From Bacilli bacterium (GTDB lineage: Bacteria > Bacillota_I > Bacilli_A > RF39 > UBA660): a stretch of DNA of 64,000 nucleotides. The notes below the pieces were generated by a model. The model made no database searches, was not told where the DNA came from, and saw nothing but the letters and a program-made list of their open reading frames with translations. A program made the position numbers and the translations under genes. The DNA is taken from positions 18,177 to 82,176 of the forward strand of contig JBJEEB010000033.1 of NCBI GenBank assembly GCA_051872655.1, read 5' to 3'. Each line of letters opens with the position of its first letter. Within the stretch, counting starts at the first letter, position 1. Of this stretch, positions 31,109 to 40,503 are shown piece by piece.

Positions 31109-32362
31109 ATGAATTTTATTAAAAGTAAGGGTTCTATTATTTTATCATTAATTGCTGTTGGAGTTTCTATTTATGCTATAGTAGTTCCAAAAAAAGAAAC
31201 AATTATTCAAAAAGTAGATACGAATAATCAAAATAATCAAGTTCAATTAGTAGCAAGTGATGGTTATTTAAAATGGAAATTATCTACCTCAAGTGAGTGG
31301 ATTAATTTAATAAAATTAGATGACTTAAAAGGTAAGGATGGTACTAATGGCACCAATGGAATAAATGGCGTTGATGGTAAAGATGGTATTAATGGTACTG
31401 ATGGCAAAAATGGTATCGATGGTACTAATGGTACTGATGGAAAAGATGGTACTAATGGAACTAATGGAATAAATGGCGTTGATGGTAAAGATGGAAGAGA
31501 AGTTGAATTTAGAATAAATGATACTACTATCGAATGGAAATATACTGATGAAGAAAATTGGACAGCGTTAATTGATATTAACGAACTTATTAATAGTAAT
31601 AAGAGTAAAAAAAATCCTATTATATCTTCCTTAAATGGTAGCTCTACTGATTTTGGTTGTATAGATAATGAAACTACTTGTAGTGTTGGTTCAAATATTG
31701 AAGTTAGAGTAAATAATAATACCACATATAATTTTTATATATTAGATGATGATGGTACAAAGTTAACATTAATATTAGATAGAAATTTAGGTGAAACTAC
31801 CTCTTGGAATAATTATAATTCAGATGAAGAAACTATGGAACAAGCTTATACTAAAGGTCCTATTAATGCACTTACTGAATTAAATCTTAGAACTATTGGA
31901 TGGGATTTTATAACTCCTATTGAAAATTATAGTTATACTAATAGTGATAATGCTAAAAATTCTGGTACATATAAAGGAATCACTATTCAAAATGGTGTCA
32001 CTACAGTTACTGGAAGTGATGATACTAATAATATTATTAATGGAACTGCTAGAGCGAGAATGCTAACTTTAGAAGAAGCAAAAGCATATGGATGTAATAA
32101 ATCTACTAATTATAGTTGTTCTGGTGAAGATAATCAATATAGTTTTGTTTATGAGAATTTAAAAGCTGAGTATGGTTCTACTACTCCATATGGATATTGG
32201 TTATTAACTTCTAATTATACTAGTTCAAATCCTTATAATGTTTATGCTATGCATTATACAGGAAAATTAAATGCAGTTACTGCTTTTGATGTTAATACTA
32301 GTGGTAGAGGTGGACGTGGTGTTAGACCTGTAATTTTAATTGATAAATATAATGAAGAGTAA
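31109..32362 (+). CDS. membrane-anchored collagen-like (G-X-Y) repeat protein with globular C-terminal domain
   Basis: N-terminal TM; 19 uninterrupted GXY triplets (GKDGTNGTNGINGVDGKDG...). C-terminal domain ends GYWLLTS...GVRPVILI. Confidence 0.75.
   Translation: MNFIKSKGSIILSLIAVGVSIYAIVVPKKETIIQKVDTNNQNNQVQLVASDGYLKWKLSTSSEWINLIKLDDLKGKDGTNGTNGINGVDGKDGINGTDGKNGIDGTNGTDGKDGTNGTNGINGVDGKDGREVEFRINDTTIEWKYTDEENWTALIDINELINSNKSKKNPIISSLNGSSTDFGCIDNETTCSVGSNIEVRVNNNTTYNFYILDDDGTKLTLILDRNLGETTSWNNYNSDEETMEQAYTKGPINALTELNLRTIGWDFITPIENYSYTNSDNAKNSGTYKGITIQNGVTTVTGSDDTNNIINGTARARMLTLEEAKAYGCNKSTNYSCSGEDNQYSFVYENLKAEYGSTTPYGYWLLTSNYTSSNPYNVYAMHYTGKLNAVTAFDVNTSGRGGRGVRPVILIDKYNEE
31331..31501 (+). 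repeat. collagen-triplet coding repeat with internal near-identical ~47-bp direct repeats
   Basis: The ggtactaatgg(c/a)ac(c/t)aatggaataaatggcgttgatggtaaagatgg unit occurs twice, about 110 nt apart, inside 57 codons of GXY. Confidence 0.9.
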
Positions 32363-32382
32363 AAAAGATACTCTTCATTTTA
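32354..32382 (+). terminator. intrinsic terminator of the collagen-like gene
   Basis: GAAGAGT-AAAAAAGAT-ACTCTTC followed by ATTTTAT. Spans the stop codon. Confidence 0.55.
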
Positions 32383-32399
32383 TATTAAAAGGAAGAATT

Positions 32400-33665
32400 T
32401 TATACTATTCTTCCATATACTTTTAAGTTATCTACTTTTTCTATTTTAACATTTACAATACTACCTTCTTCTACTTTATCATTAATTATTACTGGTATAA
32501 AGTTAGATGTATGAACTAAAATAATACCATTTGAATGAACTTCTACTACTCCATCATATACTTTACCTATTTTACTTTCATAGTAATTATGTTCACTTTC
32601 ATTTGATAGTTTTAAGATAGTATGAACTCTATCTTTTTTTACTTCAGGAGATACTTGCCCTTCCATAGAGGCTGCTGGTGTTCCTTTTCTTTTAGAATAA
32701 GGAAATGTATGTATTTTAGTAAAACCTATTTTATTTAAGGTATCTATTGTTTCATTAAATTCTTCTTCTGTCTCTTTAGGGAAACCTACGATTAGGTCTG
32801 TGGTAAGAGATATATCTTCAATAGTTTTAAGATCCTCTACCATAGATAAAAATTCTTCTTTATTATATCTTCTATTCATAAGACGAAGTATTTTATTACT
32901 ACCTGACTGAAGTGGTATATGTAAATGTTTAGCCATTACTTTATTTTCTTTTAGTAATTTTTTTATACCAATAGTTATTTCATTTATTTCAATAGATGAT
33001 AATCTTATTCGATATATATTTGGTATTTTTACTAATTTATTTAATAATTCTTCAAGACTAGTATCTATATCTATTCCATATCTACCTGTATGAATACCTG
33101 TTAAAACTATTTCTTTATATCCTTTTTCTACTAATGTAGTTACTTCATTAATTACATCTTCAGGTGCTTTACTTCTTACTCTACCTCTTACATAAGGTAT
33201 TATACAATATGAACAAAAGGCATTACAACCATCCTGTATTTTTACAAAGGCTCTTGTATGGCTATCAAAATTATTTATCTCCATTTTTTCAAAGTCTACT
33301 TTTGTTAAATCGTAGATTATTTTTTTCTTTTCTTTAATCTTTTTATATTCTTCAATAATATCTACTATTTTTGATTTATCTTTGTTACCTAGAACTATAT
33401 CAGCATCAATATCTTCGGCATTAACTTGGCTATAACAGCCCATTACTATAATAATAGCATTAGGATTATTTTTCTTAGCCCTATTTATCATTTTTCTAGA
33501 TTTTTTATCACTCTCGTTAGTAACACTGCAAGTATTTATTATATATATATCAGCAATATCTTCAAAATCTACTATTTCATAATTATTATTTTTTAATATA
33601 TTTGTTACTAATTCACTCTCATATATATTAACTTTACATCCTAAAGAACATATTCCTACTTTCAT
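32400..33665 (-). CDS. mtaB: tRNA (t6A37) methylthiotransferase MtaB
   Basis: UPF0004 N-terminal domain (MKVGICSLGCKVNIYESE), radical SAM CNAFCSYC and a C-terminal TRAM-like region. Confidence 0.8.
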   Translation of the reverse strand: MKVGICSLGCKVNIYESELVTNILKNNNYEIVDFEDIADIYIINTCSVTNESDKKSRKMINRAKKNNPNAIIIVMGCYSQVNAEDIDADIVLGNKDKSKIVDIIEEYKKIKEKKKIIYDLTKVDFEKMEINNFDSHTRAFVKIQDGCNAFCSYCIIPYVRGRVRSKAPEDVINEVTTLVEKGYKEIVLTGIHTGRYGIDIDTSLEELLNKLVKIPNIYRIRLSSIEINEITIGIKKLLKENKVMAKHLHIPLQSGSNKILRLMNRRYNKEEFLSMVEDLKTIEDISLTTDLIVGFPKETEEEFNETIDTLNKIGFTKIHTFPYSKRKGTPAASMEGQVSPEVKKDRVHTILKLSNESEHNYYESKIGKVYDGVVEVHSNGIILVHTSNFIPVIINDKVEEGSIVNVKIEKVDNLKVYGRIV

Positions 33666-33670
33666 GTTTC

Positions 33671-33696
33671 TTCCTTCTTTCTCTAGTATTTTATCA
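33671..33696 (-). promoter_or_regulatory. 26-nt extended -10 / 5'UTR module, copy 2 (identical to 21860-21885)
   Basis: Minus-strand TGATAAAATACTAGAGAAAGAAGGAA ends 5 nt before the mtaB ATG. Confidence 0.55.
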
Positions 33697-33722
33697 TATT
33701 ATTAAAAGAAAAGAAAGAATAA

Positions 33723-35375
33723 TTAAAATATTCCTTCAATAACATTATCTATAATATCTATATTTTCACTATTAGGTACCTTAGGTAATCCTGGCATAGT
33801 CATTATATTTCCTGTTAAAACTACGATAAATTCTGCTCCTCCTTTTAGAATAACATTAGATACATGAATGCTATAATCATCTTTAGAATCTAAGTTTTTA
33901 GGATCATCTGATAGTGAATATTGTGTTTTAGCTATACATATTGGTATATTACTATGTTCTTTTTCAAGAAGATTTAATTCTTCTTCTGCTTCTATAGAAT
34001 ACTCTACATCTTTAGCTCCATATATTTTAGTAGCTACTTTATATATCTTATCTTTAATGCTATCATTTATATCATAAACATAATTGAAGTTATCTTTTTT
34101 ATCTAGATTATCTAAAACTTTTTTAGCTAAATTGATGCTACCATCACTACCTAGAGAATATCCATTAGTAGTAGCATAATCTATATTTATTTTATCTAGA
34201 GATTCTTCTAGAAAATTAATTTCTTTATCAGTATCAGTACTAAATCTATTTATGGCTACGACTATATTTAGTCCATAGATATTCTTTAAATTATTAATAT
34301 GTTTATATAAATTATTCATTCCTTTTTCTAGGTATTCTATGCTCTCTTTTGTTATTTCTTCTTTAGGCATACCTCCATGATATTTTAAAGATCTAACTGT
34401 GGCTACTAGTACTATGACGTTAGGATGAGTACTTATATTTCTACATTTTATATTTAAGAATTTTTCTGCCCCTAGATCTGCTCCAAAACCTGCTTCTGTT
34501 ACAGTGATATCTCCTAGTGACATAGCTATATTTGTTGCTATTATACTATTACATCCATGGGCAATATTAGCAAATGGTCCCCCATGAATTAAGGCAGGAT
34601 TCCCTTCAAGCGTCTGTACTAAATTTGGTTTTATAGCATCTTTTAATAAAACAGTCATTGCTCCTTCTACTTTTAAATCTTTTGCCTTTACTTCCTTACC
34701 ATCTTTATTATATCCAATAACTATATTTCCTAATCTTCTTTTTAAATCATCTAAATCTTTACTTAGACATAAAATAGCCATAATTTCACTAGCGGCAGTT
34801 ATGTCAAAACCATCTATTCTTTGTTTTATTTTAGATTCATTTGATAACCCTGTTTTTATAACTCTTAACTGCCTATCATTTAAATCTAAGCATCTTTTAA
34901 ATGTCACTCTATCAATATTTAAATTATTACCTTGATAAATATGATTATCTATTACTGAACATAGTAAGTTATTTGCAGTGGTTATGGCATGAAAATCTCC
35001 AGTGAAATGCAAATTTATATCTTCCATAGGAATAACTTGTGCGTATCCACCACCTGTTGCTCCTCCTTTAACACCAAATACTGGTCCTAATGATGGTTCT
35101 CTTAAGGCTAGTATACTTTTCTTACCTAACTTACATAAGGCATCAGATAATGATATAGATACTGTTGTTTTTCCTTCCCCCATTGGAGTGGGATTAATTG
35201 CTGTTACTAATATTAATTTACTTTTTTTATTATTATTTAGTAAGTCTAATGATACTTTGGCTTTATTCTTTCCATATAATTCTATTTTATCTTCTATTCC
35301 AAGTTCTTTGGCTACCTCAGTAATATCTTTTGGAATAATTCTTCTTGCTATTTCAATATCAGTCATATTGGTCAT
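33723..35375 (-). CDS. fhs: formate-tetrahydrofolate ligase
   Basis: PTPMGEGKTT P-loop and full-length FTHFS-type sequence. Start set at the ATG that overlaps the upstream stop (ATGA). Confidence 0.92.
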   Translation of the reverse strand: MTNMTDIEIARRIIPKDITEVAKELGIEDKIELYGKNKAKVSLDLLNNNKKSKLILVTAINPTPMGEGKTTVSISLSDALCKLGKKSILALREPSLGPVFGVKGGATGGGYAQVIPMEDINLHFTGDFHAITTANNLLCSVIDNHIYQGNNLNIDRVTFKRCLDLNDRQLRVIKTGLSNESKIKQRIDGFDITAASEIMAILCLSKDLDDLKRRLGNIVIGYNKDGKEVKAKDLKVEGAMTVLLKDAIKPNLVQTLEGNPALIHGGPFANIAHGCNSIIATNIAMSLGDITVTEAGFGADLGAEKFLNIKCRNISTHPNVIVLVATVRSLKYHGGMPKEEITKESIEYLEKGMNNLYKHINNLKNIYGLNIVVAINRFSTDTDKEINFLEESLDKINIDYATTNGYSLGSDGSINLAKKVLDNLDKKDNFNYVYDINDSIKDKIYKVATKIYGAKDVEYSIEAEEELNLLEKEHSNIPICIAKTQYSLSDDPKNLDSKDDYSIHVSNVILKGGAEFIVVLTGNIMTMPGLPKVPNSENIDIIDNVIEGIF

Positions 35376-35797
35376 CTCCTCATACAATATTCTTTTATTT
35401 TATTATCCTTTATATATGGCTCTATAATCAATTTAAAGTAGCTACTTACTACTCTATGATTACCATCATCAAATAATTGTAGATTTATTAATTCCTCTAA
35501 TTTATTATTTATTTCTAATTTGACTTCTTCATAATTAATATATTCTAATAAACTATAAATATCAAACATTATCTTCTCAGCTATTTTGATAACTTCTTCA
35601 TCTACTCTTTTAGAAAAAGTTCCTGCATTAAAATAGATATCTCCAAAAAGAAAGTTGTGTATTTTTCTTAAGTATTCTAATCCTATTACTTTTTCGTTAA
35701 AAGTAAATCTACTATCAAGAATACTCATTTTATATTCTACTATTTTTCTTTCTATGTTTTCAATATCAAATTCATTACTTATACCCAATTTATTCAT
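35372..35797 (-). CDS. small Fic/Fido-fold protein with degenerate active-site motif
   Basis: IHNFLFGDIYFNAGTFSKR matches the Fic core helix. The motif position reads QLFDDGNHRVVS instead of HPFx[DE]GNGRxxR. Start set at MNKLG with AGAGG upstream. Confidence 0.6.
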   Translation of the reverse strand: MNKLGISNEFDIENIERKIVEYKMSILDSRFTFNEKVIGLEYLRKIHNFLFGDIYFNAGTFSKRVDEEVIKIAEKIMFDIYSLLEYINYEEVKLEINNKLEELINLQLFDDGNHRVVSSYFKLIIEPYIKDNKIKEYCMRR

Positions 35798-35872
35798 ATT
35801 ATACTGCCTCTTTGATATTATAACATACATTAATTTAAAAAGATAGTAACTTTTTTGTCACTATCTATATAT

Positions 35873-37057
35873 TTATTTTAGCTTATTACCGCAAACGGTA
35901 CAAAAGTTACCACCACTAGTTGGAGTTCCACAGTTAGGACAGAACTTTGGTCCTTCTTTTATTTCTTCATTTGATACTATTTTTTCTTCAGTAGTTTCTT
36001 CTTTTACTTCTTCTTTTTTGAAAAGACTGCCTGGTTCTGGTACTTCTCTTTCTTCTTTAGGAAGTGTATCATTATTTTGTACTGCTCCCATCATTGTAGC
36101 ACCTGACTGCTGTGCCATATTCATTCCCATAAAGCCCATCATGGATCCACCGCTATTTGATGCTGCATTTTTCATAGCTTCCGCACTGGCATTTGCCATA
36201 AGTCCTGACTGAAGAGCACTATTTGAGAATATTGTAGCATCATCTATTTTTGATACTCTTTCCATTGACTTATCTGTTAAATTAATATCCGATATTGCAA
36301 CATCTGATATTTTAACACCGTATTTTTCTACTAGATCTTTTTCTAATAAATTATTCATTTCAGTGGCAATATCAGTGTTATACATCCCAATATCTCCAAA
36401 TGGTATTTTATGTTTTCTCATTACTACTGTTATAGCTTGAGTTAATTTTTCAACAAATTTACTCTTAAATTGATCTTCGAGAATATCACTATAGTAAATT
36501 GTATCTTTAGCATTTGAACCAATAACATTTTGAACAAGTACTGTTGGATTATCTATTTTTATAGCATATTCTCCAAAAAATGTTACTTCAAGCATTCCAT
36601 ATTTATCATCAGTTATTTTTCTTGGTTGTGGTGAACCAAACTTATTACCAGTAATAGCAAGTAAGTTTATATAGTAAACTCTTTGGTCATTGGCTGCTTC
36701 TCCACCAAAAGTTGTTCTCTTACCCATTTTCTTAATTGCATCTACTAATCCTTTTCCAAAACCGCCTTCAAAAACACTTGTTTCAGTTCCTTTATCGAAA
36801 GTGTATGTTCCTGCTTCTGCAGAAAATTCTAGTATTTTTCCATTTTCTATTACCATCATCGCAGTTCCTTCAGGTACAGCAATTGCACTTCCATTTGATA
36901 TTATATTTTCTGTAGGGTTTTTATTTCCATCTCCATGATGTACTAATCCTCTTTGTACTAATACACCACCATCCATAGTTGGACATGTTACATACTCCTT
37001 AAACTGATCTCCTAAAGTAGAAGATGCAGATGTAGTAAAAGCTTTTATTAATCCCAT
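35873..37057 (-). CDS. SPFH-domain / virion-core-like protein with C-terminal zinc ribbon (YdjI-like)
   Basis: MGLIKAF...GAIAVPEGTAMMVIENGKI N-terminal region typical of the YdjI/COG4260 family. C-terminal CPNCGTP...CTVCGNK. Confidence 0.7.
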   Translation of the reverse strand: MGLIKAFTTSASSTLGDQFKEYVTCPTMDGGVLVQRGLVHHGDGNKNPTENIISNGSAIAVPEGTAMMVIENGKILEFSAEAGTYTFDKGTETSVFEGGFGKGLVDAIKKMGKRTTFGGEAANDQRVYYINLLAITGNKFGSPQPRKITDDKYGMLEVTFFGEYAIKIDNPTVLVQNVIGSNAKDTIYYSDILEDQFKSKFVEKLTQAITVVMRKHKIPFGDIGMYNTDIATEMNNLLEKDLVEKYGVKISDVAISDINLTDKSMERVSKIDDATIFSNSALQSGLMANASAEAMKNAASNSGGSMMGFMGMNMAQQSGATMMGAVQNNDTLPKEEREVPEPGSLFKKEEVKEETTEEKIVSNEEIKEGPKFCPNCGTPTSGGNFCTVCGNKLK

Positions 37058-37115
37058 ATTATTTCCTCCTTATTTTTATTTATTATATCATATTTTTTAT
37101 TCATTATATCATTTT

Positions 37116-37637
37116 TTATTTATAGTTTACATTTATTGACACTAATATATAATCATAATCTTCTAGATTAAAGATAGTATCACAGTATTCACATTTTCCT
37201 GCACGATTAACATCTATACTAGCTCCACATCCTGGGCACTTACGTACAAGGCCTACTTCTTTAGTATTTAATTTTTTTTCAAATCTTAAGATATTATTTT
37301 TTTCTATTCTTCTAGTATCATCTCCTGATACAAGATTTCCAGTATCTAAATCTATTATATAATCCATGTATCTTGATACTATTAATACTTCAATAACTTC
37401 TTTATTGTCAATAATATTTCTACTTATTACAGAAGTATTTTTAACATTTATTTCATCATACATCTGCCTTTTATTTGAACTAGATAACTCATTTATCTTA
37501 GTCATAAACATATTATATAAATCTTCACTTATGAAGTGTTTAACATCAGTTAAATCACCTTTCATAATACAAGTATATAATTTTACAAAGATATTATCTA
37601 CTTTTGTTTTAAACATTGCTTCGTTAAAATCTTCCAT
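37116..37637 (-). CDS. Tim44-like domain protein with zinc ribbon
   Basis: Soluble 173-aa protein with CPGCGASIDVNRAGKCEYCDT. The fold call is by resemblance only. Confidence 0.5.
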   Translation of the reverse strand: MEDFNEAMFKTKVDNIFVKLYTCIMKGDLTDVKHFISEDLYNMFMTKINELSSSNKRQMYDEINVKNTSVISRNIIDNKEVIEVLIVSRYMDYIIDLDTGNLVSGDDTRRIEKNNILRFEKKLNTKEVGLVRKCPGCGASIDVNRAGKCEYCDTIFNLEDYDYILVSINVNYK

Positions 37638-37641
37638 ATTT

Positions 37642-38523
37642 TTACCTTTCTAGAGTCTGCCCTAAAGACACTTTTTTACTCATTACATAATCTCCAGCAT
37701 CTTTTACTAAAGTACTATCACAGTATGGACAAGTTGCAGAACTTACTATATCTACTGGTGCACCACAGTTAGGACATTTTTCTTCTTTCTTGTTATTAGA
37801 TGCTGACTTAACAAATGATAATTTATATTTGATATTTATTTTGGCGTTATCTTTACCACGAACTACTTCACCTGTTGTTTCCTTTATTACATAATCATAA
37901 CATCTTACATTTAAGTATGTATCAATGGTAATTACATCATTTTCTTTATAGATATCAATTATTTTAACATCAATAAGTTCAATATCCTTCATAATATTTT
38001 TTTGTTTTTTTAGTTTTAATGTTTCTAACTGACTACTATACATATTATATATTTCATCAGTTGTTAATTTTCTTATTGTTTCTGTATCAAAATTCATCCA
38101 TGCTGTTTGAAGTTCTTTATATGTTTTAAATACTTTTGTTTTAAATTCATTGATGTTTAAATCTTTATCAATACTATGAATCTTTTCAATATCTATATCT
38201 TTATAGTTACCTACACTATTAGTTATATTAGAACTTCCTCCATTACCACCATTTCTATTATTTTTTGACTTTATAATTACGATAACGATAATAATTATTA
38301 CTACTAAGGCGATAAATCCTCCCGATGTGCTACTGCCACTATAGGTTCCTGAAGAACTACTGGAAGATGACCAATCTGAATCACCCCAGTCACTTCCTGA
38401 ATCCCATCCAGAATCGTAGTCTGAATCCCATCCAGAATCTGCTTGTACAGGCTTATAAATAGTACCAAAACCCATTAACAATGTAGCTAAAATTAATAAT
38501 ATTTTCTTTTTGATAATAATCAC
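37642..38523 (-). CDS. membrane protein with Asp/Ser/Trp-rich ectodomain, Tim44-like domain and zinc ribbon
   Basis: Signal/TM; DSGWDSDYDSGWDSGSDWGDSDW low-complexity stretch; second TM; cytoplasmic domain ending CPNCGAP...CPYCDS. Confidence 0.55.
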   Translation of the reverse strand: MIIIKKKILLILATLLMGFGTIYKPVQADSGWDSDYDSGWDSGSDWGDSDWSSSSSSSGTYSGSSTSGGFIALVVIIIIVIVIIKSKNNRNGGNGGSSNITNSVGNYKDIDIEKIHSIDKDLNINEFKTKVFKTYKELQTAWMNFDTETIRKLTTDEIYNMYSSQLETLKLKKQKNIMKDIELIDVKIIDIYKENDVITIDTYLNVRCYDYVIKETTGEVVRGKDNAKINIKYKLSFVKSASNNKKEEKCPNCGAPVDIVSSATCPYCDSTLVKDAGDYVMSKKVSLGQTLER

Positions 38524-38596
38524 TACTCCTATCTAATTAAAGTATATCATTTATACTTTAAAATGTAAATTAATTAAATAATTTTTTCTATCAATT

Positions 38597-40405
38597 TTAT
38601 CTTACTATAAAGTATTCATTATACCATTTAAGGAAACTATATACTGCCCATATTCTACGATAATTATCTTTTACTCTATTTTTATGTTCATCTAATATTC
38701 TTATTAAATAATCATTATTAAATAATTCTTTAGCTATATCAGTATTAAAAGTATTTTTTATTTCATTGTAAAAGTCATCTTCTCTTATCCATTCTCTAAT
38801 TGGTACAGGAAATCCTAATTTCTTTTTCTTATAGGCATCATTTGGTATTACTTTCTTAGCAGCAGTTCTTAATGCTACTTTTGTAGTACCTTCTGATACT
38901 TTATATTTTTTTGGTAATATACTAGATATTTTAAATACATCTATATCAGTAAATGGTACTCTTGATTCTATAGAATGAGCCATAGTCATTTTATCTACAA
39001 TTGTAAGAATATTATTACTAAGCCAATATCTTATATCTATAGCAAGCATTTTATTTAATTTATTATATCCTTTATATTCATCATATACTTCTTTTACAAT
39101 ATCTTTATTTTTAATATAATTATTACTTCTAAGTACATCTTTTAATTCATCATCATAATAAGTTCTATTAATACTAACATATGATTCTTCAAGGGACATA
39201 CCTCTTCTTATGATATATCTGGTTATTTTATTTTTAGGAAGAATTTTACATATACTAGCAAGTGTTTTTCTTATAAATAAGGGAAGTTTAGTATAAATAT
39301 TATCATCATAACTATTATATCCTCCAAAAAATTCGTCTGCTCCTTCACCTGATAATACTACTTTTACATCTTTACTTGCAAGTCTTGATAGAAAGTAAAC
39401 TGCTATTGCACAACCATCTGCGGTTGGCTCATCCATGTGATAATAAACTTCAGGTATGGCTTTCATATATTCTTCTTTGGATATTTTTTCACTAATATTA
39501 TTTATATTTAATTTATCTGTTAAATCTTTGGCATAATCTATCTCACTATATTTAGCTAGATCAAAACCTATTGTATAAGTTTTATCTGGTTTAGCAAGAC
39601 TTACTAAATATGATGAATCTACTCCGCTAGAAAGAAATGAGCCTACTTCAACATCGCTTATTAGATGATGTTTTACTGAATCATCCATTACTTTGGATAT
39701 TTCTTCTACTACTTCTTCAAAACTTTCTTTGGTATTAGAGAACTCTACTTTAAAGTATCTTTCAATATTTATCTTCTTAGTATTAACATTAATAGTCATA
39801 GAGTGTCCTCCTGGAAGTCTATAGACATTTTTAAAGAAAGTCTCATCAGTTGGAGTAAAACTAAATGTTAAATAAGGTCCTAATAATTCTTTATTTAATT
39901 CTTTCTTAAATTTTGGATGAACTAGAAAACTTTTTATTTCAGAGCCAAATAATATAACTTCTTTATTTTTGTAATAATATAATGGTTTTATTCCAAAATG
40001 ATCTCTTGATATAAATATTTCATTCTTATTTTTATCATAAATTGCATAAGCAAACATACCTCTTAGTTTTTTAGGAAGTTCATGTCCCCATTTTTCATAT
40101 CCATGTAATATTACTTCGGTATCTGATTCAGTTTGAAATTCATATTCAGATAATTCTTCTTTTAATTCTTTATAATTATATACTTCTCCATTATATATTA
40201 TTAAGATACTCTTATCTTTATTATATATTGGCTGATTACCACCTTCAAGGTCTATTATGGATAATCTTCTTTGTCCTAAGGCAACATTATTATCAACATA
40301 TATTCCTTCAGCATCAGGTCCACGATGTATTATCTTATTATTCATTTCTTTTATTAATTTATCTTTATTTTTTTCTTTACTTACTATTCCATTTATTCCA
40401 CACAT
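38597..40405 (-). CDS. asnB: asparagine synthase (glutamine-hydrolysing)
   Basis: Ntn nucleophile MCGI at the chosen start. PP-loop LSSGVDSS. Confidence 0.9.
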   Translation of the reverse strand: MCGINGIVSKEKNKDKLIKEMNNKIIHRGPDAEGIYVDNNVALGQRRLSIIDLEGGNQPIYNKDKSILIIYNGEVYNYKELKEELSEYEFQTESDTEVILHGYEKWGHELPKKLRGMFAYAIYDKNKNEIFISRDHFGIKPLYYYKNKEVILFGSEIKSFLVHPKFKKELNKELLGPYLTFSFTPTDETFFKNVYRLPGGHSMTINVNTKKINIERYFKVEFSNTKESFEEVVEEISKVMDDSVKHHLISDVEVGSFLSSGVDSSYLVSLAKPDKTYTIGFDLAKYSEIDYAKDLTDKLNINNISEKISKEEYMKAIPEVYYHMDEPTADGCAIAVYFLSRLASKDVKVVLSGEGADEFFGGYNSYDDNIYTKLPLFIRKTLASICKILPKNKITRYIIRRGMSLEESYVSINRTYYDDELKDVLRSNNYIKNKDIVKEVYDEYKGYNKLNKMLAIDIRYWLSNNILTIVDKMTMAHSIESRVPFTDIDVFKISSILPKKYKVSEGTTKVALRTAAKKVIPNDAYKKKKLGFPVPIREWIREDDFYNEIKNTFNTDIAKELFNNDYLIRILDEHKNRVKDNYRRIWAVYSFLKWYNEYFIVR

Positions 40406-40440
40406 ATTATACCTCACTTATATTTAGTATAACACAAAAT

Positions 40441-40465
40441 AAAAGAAGTAAAAACTCTTTTACTT
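40441..40465 (-). terminator. intrinsic terminator after the radical SAM gene
   Basis: Minus-strand AAGTAAAA-GAGT-TTTTACTT followed by CTTTTATTTTG. Confidence 0.55.
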
Positions 40466-40503
40466 TCTCTTTACTTATTATTGACAATTATTATTTAATA
40501 TTT

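Noticed and set aside
31331-31501. Repeat array as a CRISPR or minisatellite
   Set aside because: The periodicity is 9 nt (GXY codons) inside an open reading frame with no spacer-like unique segments. It is a coding collagen repeat.
31264-31725. 153-aa minus-strand ORF opposite the collagen-like gene
   Set aside because: It is the reverse complement of the GXY repeat, giving PSLPS/VPLVP-type repeats. The forward frame has a start, a TM anchor, a terminator and a coherent C-terminal domain.
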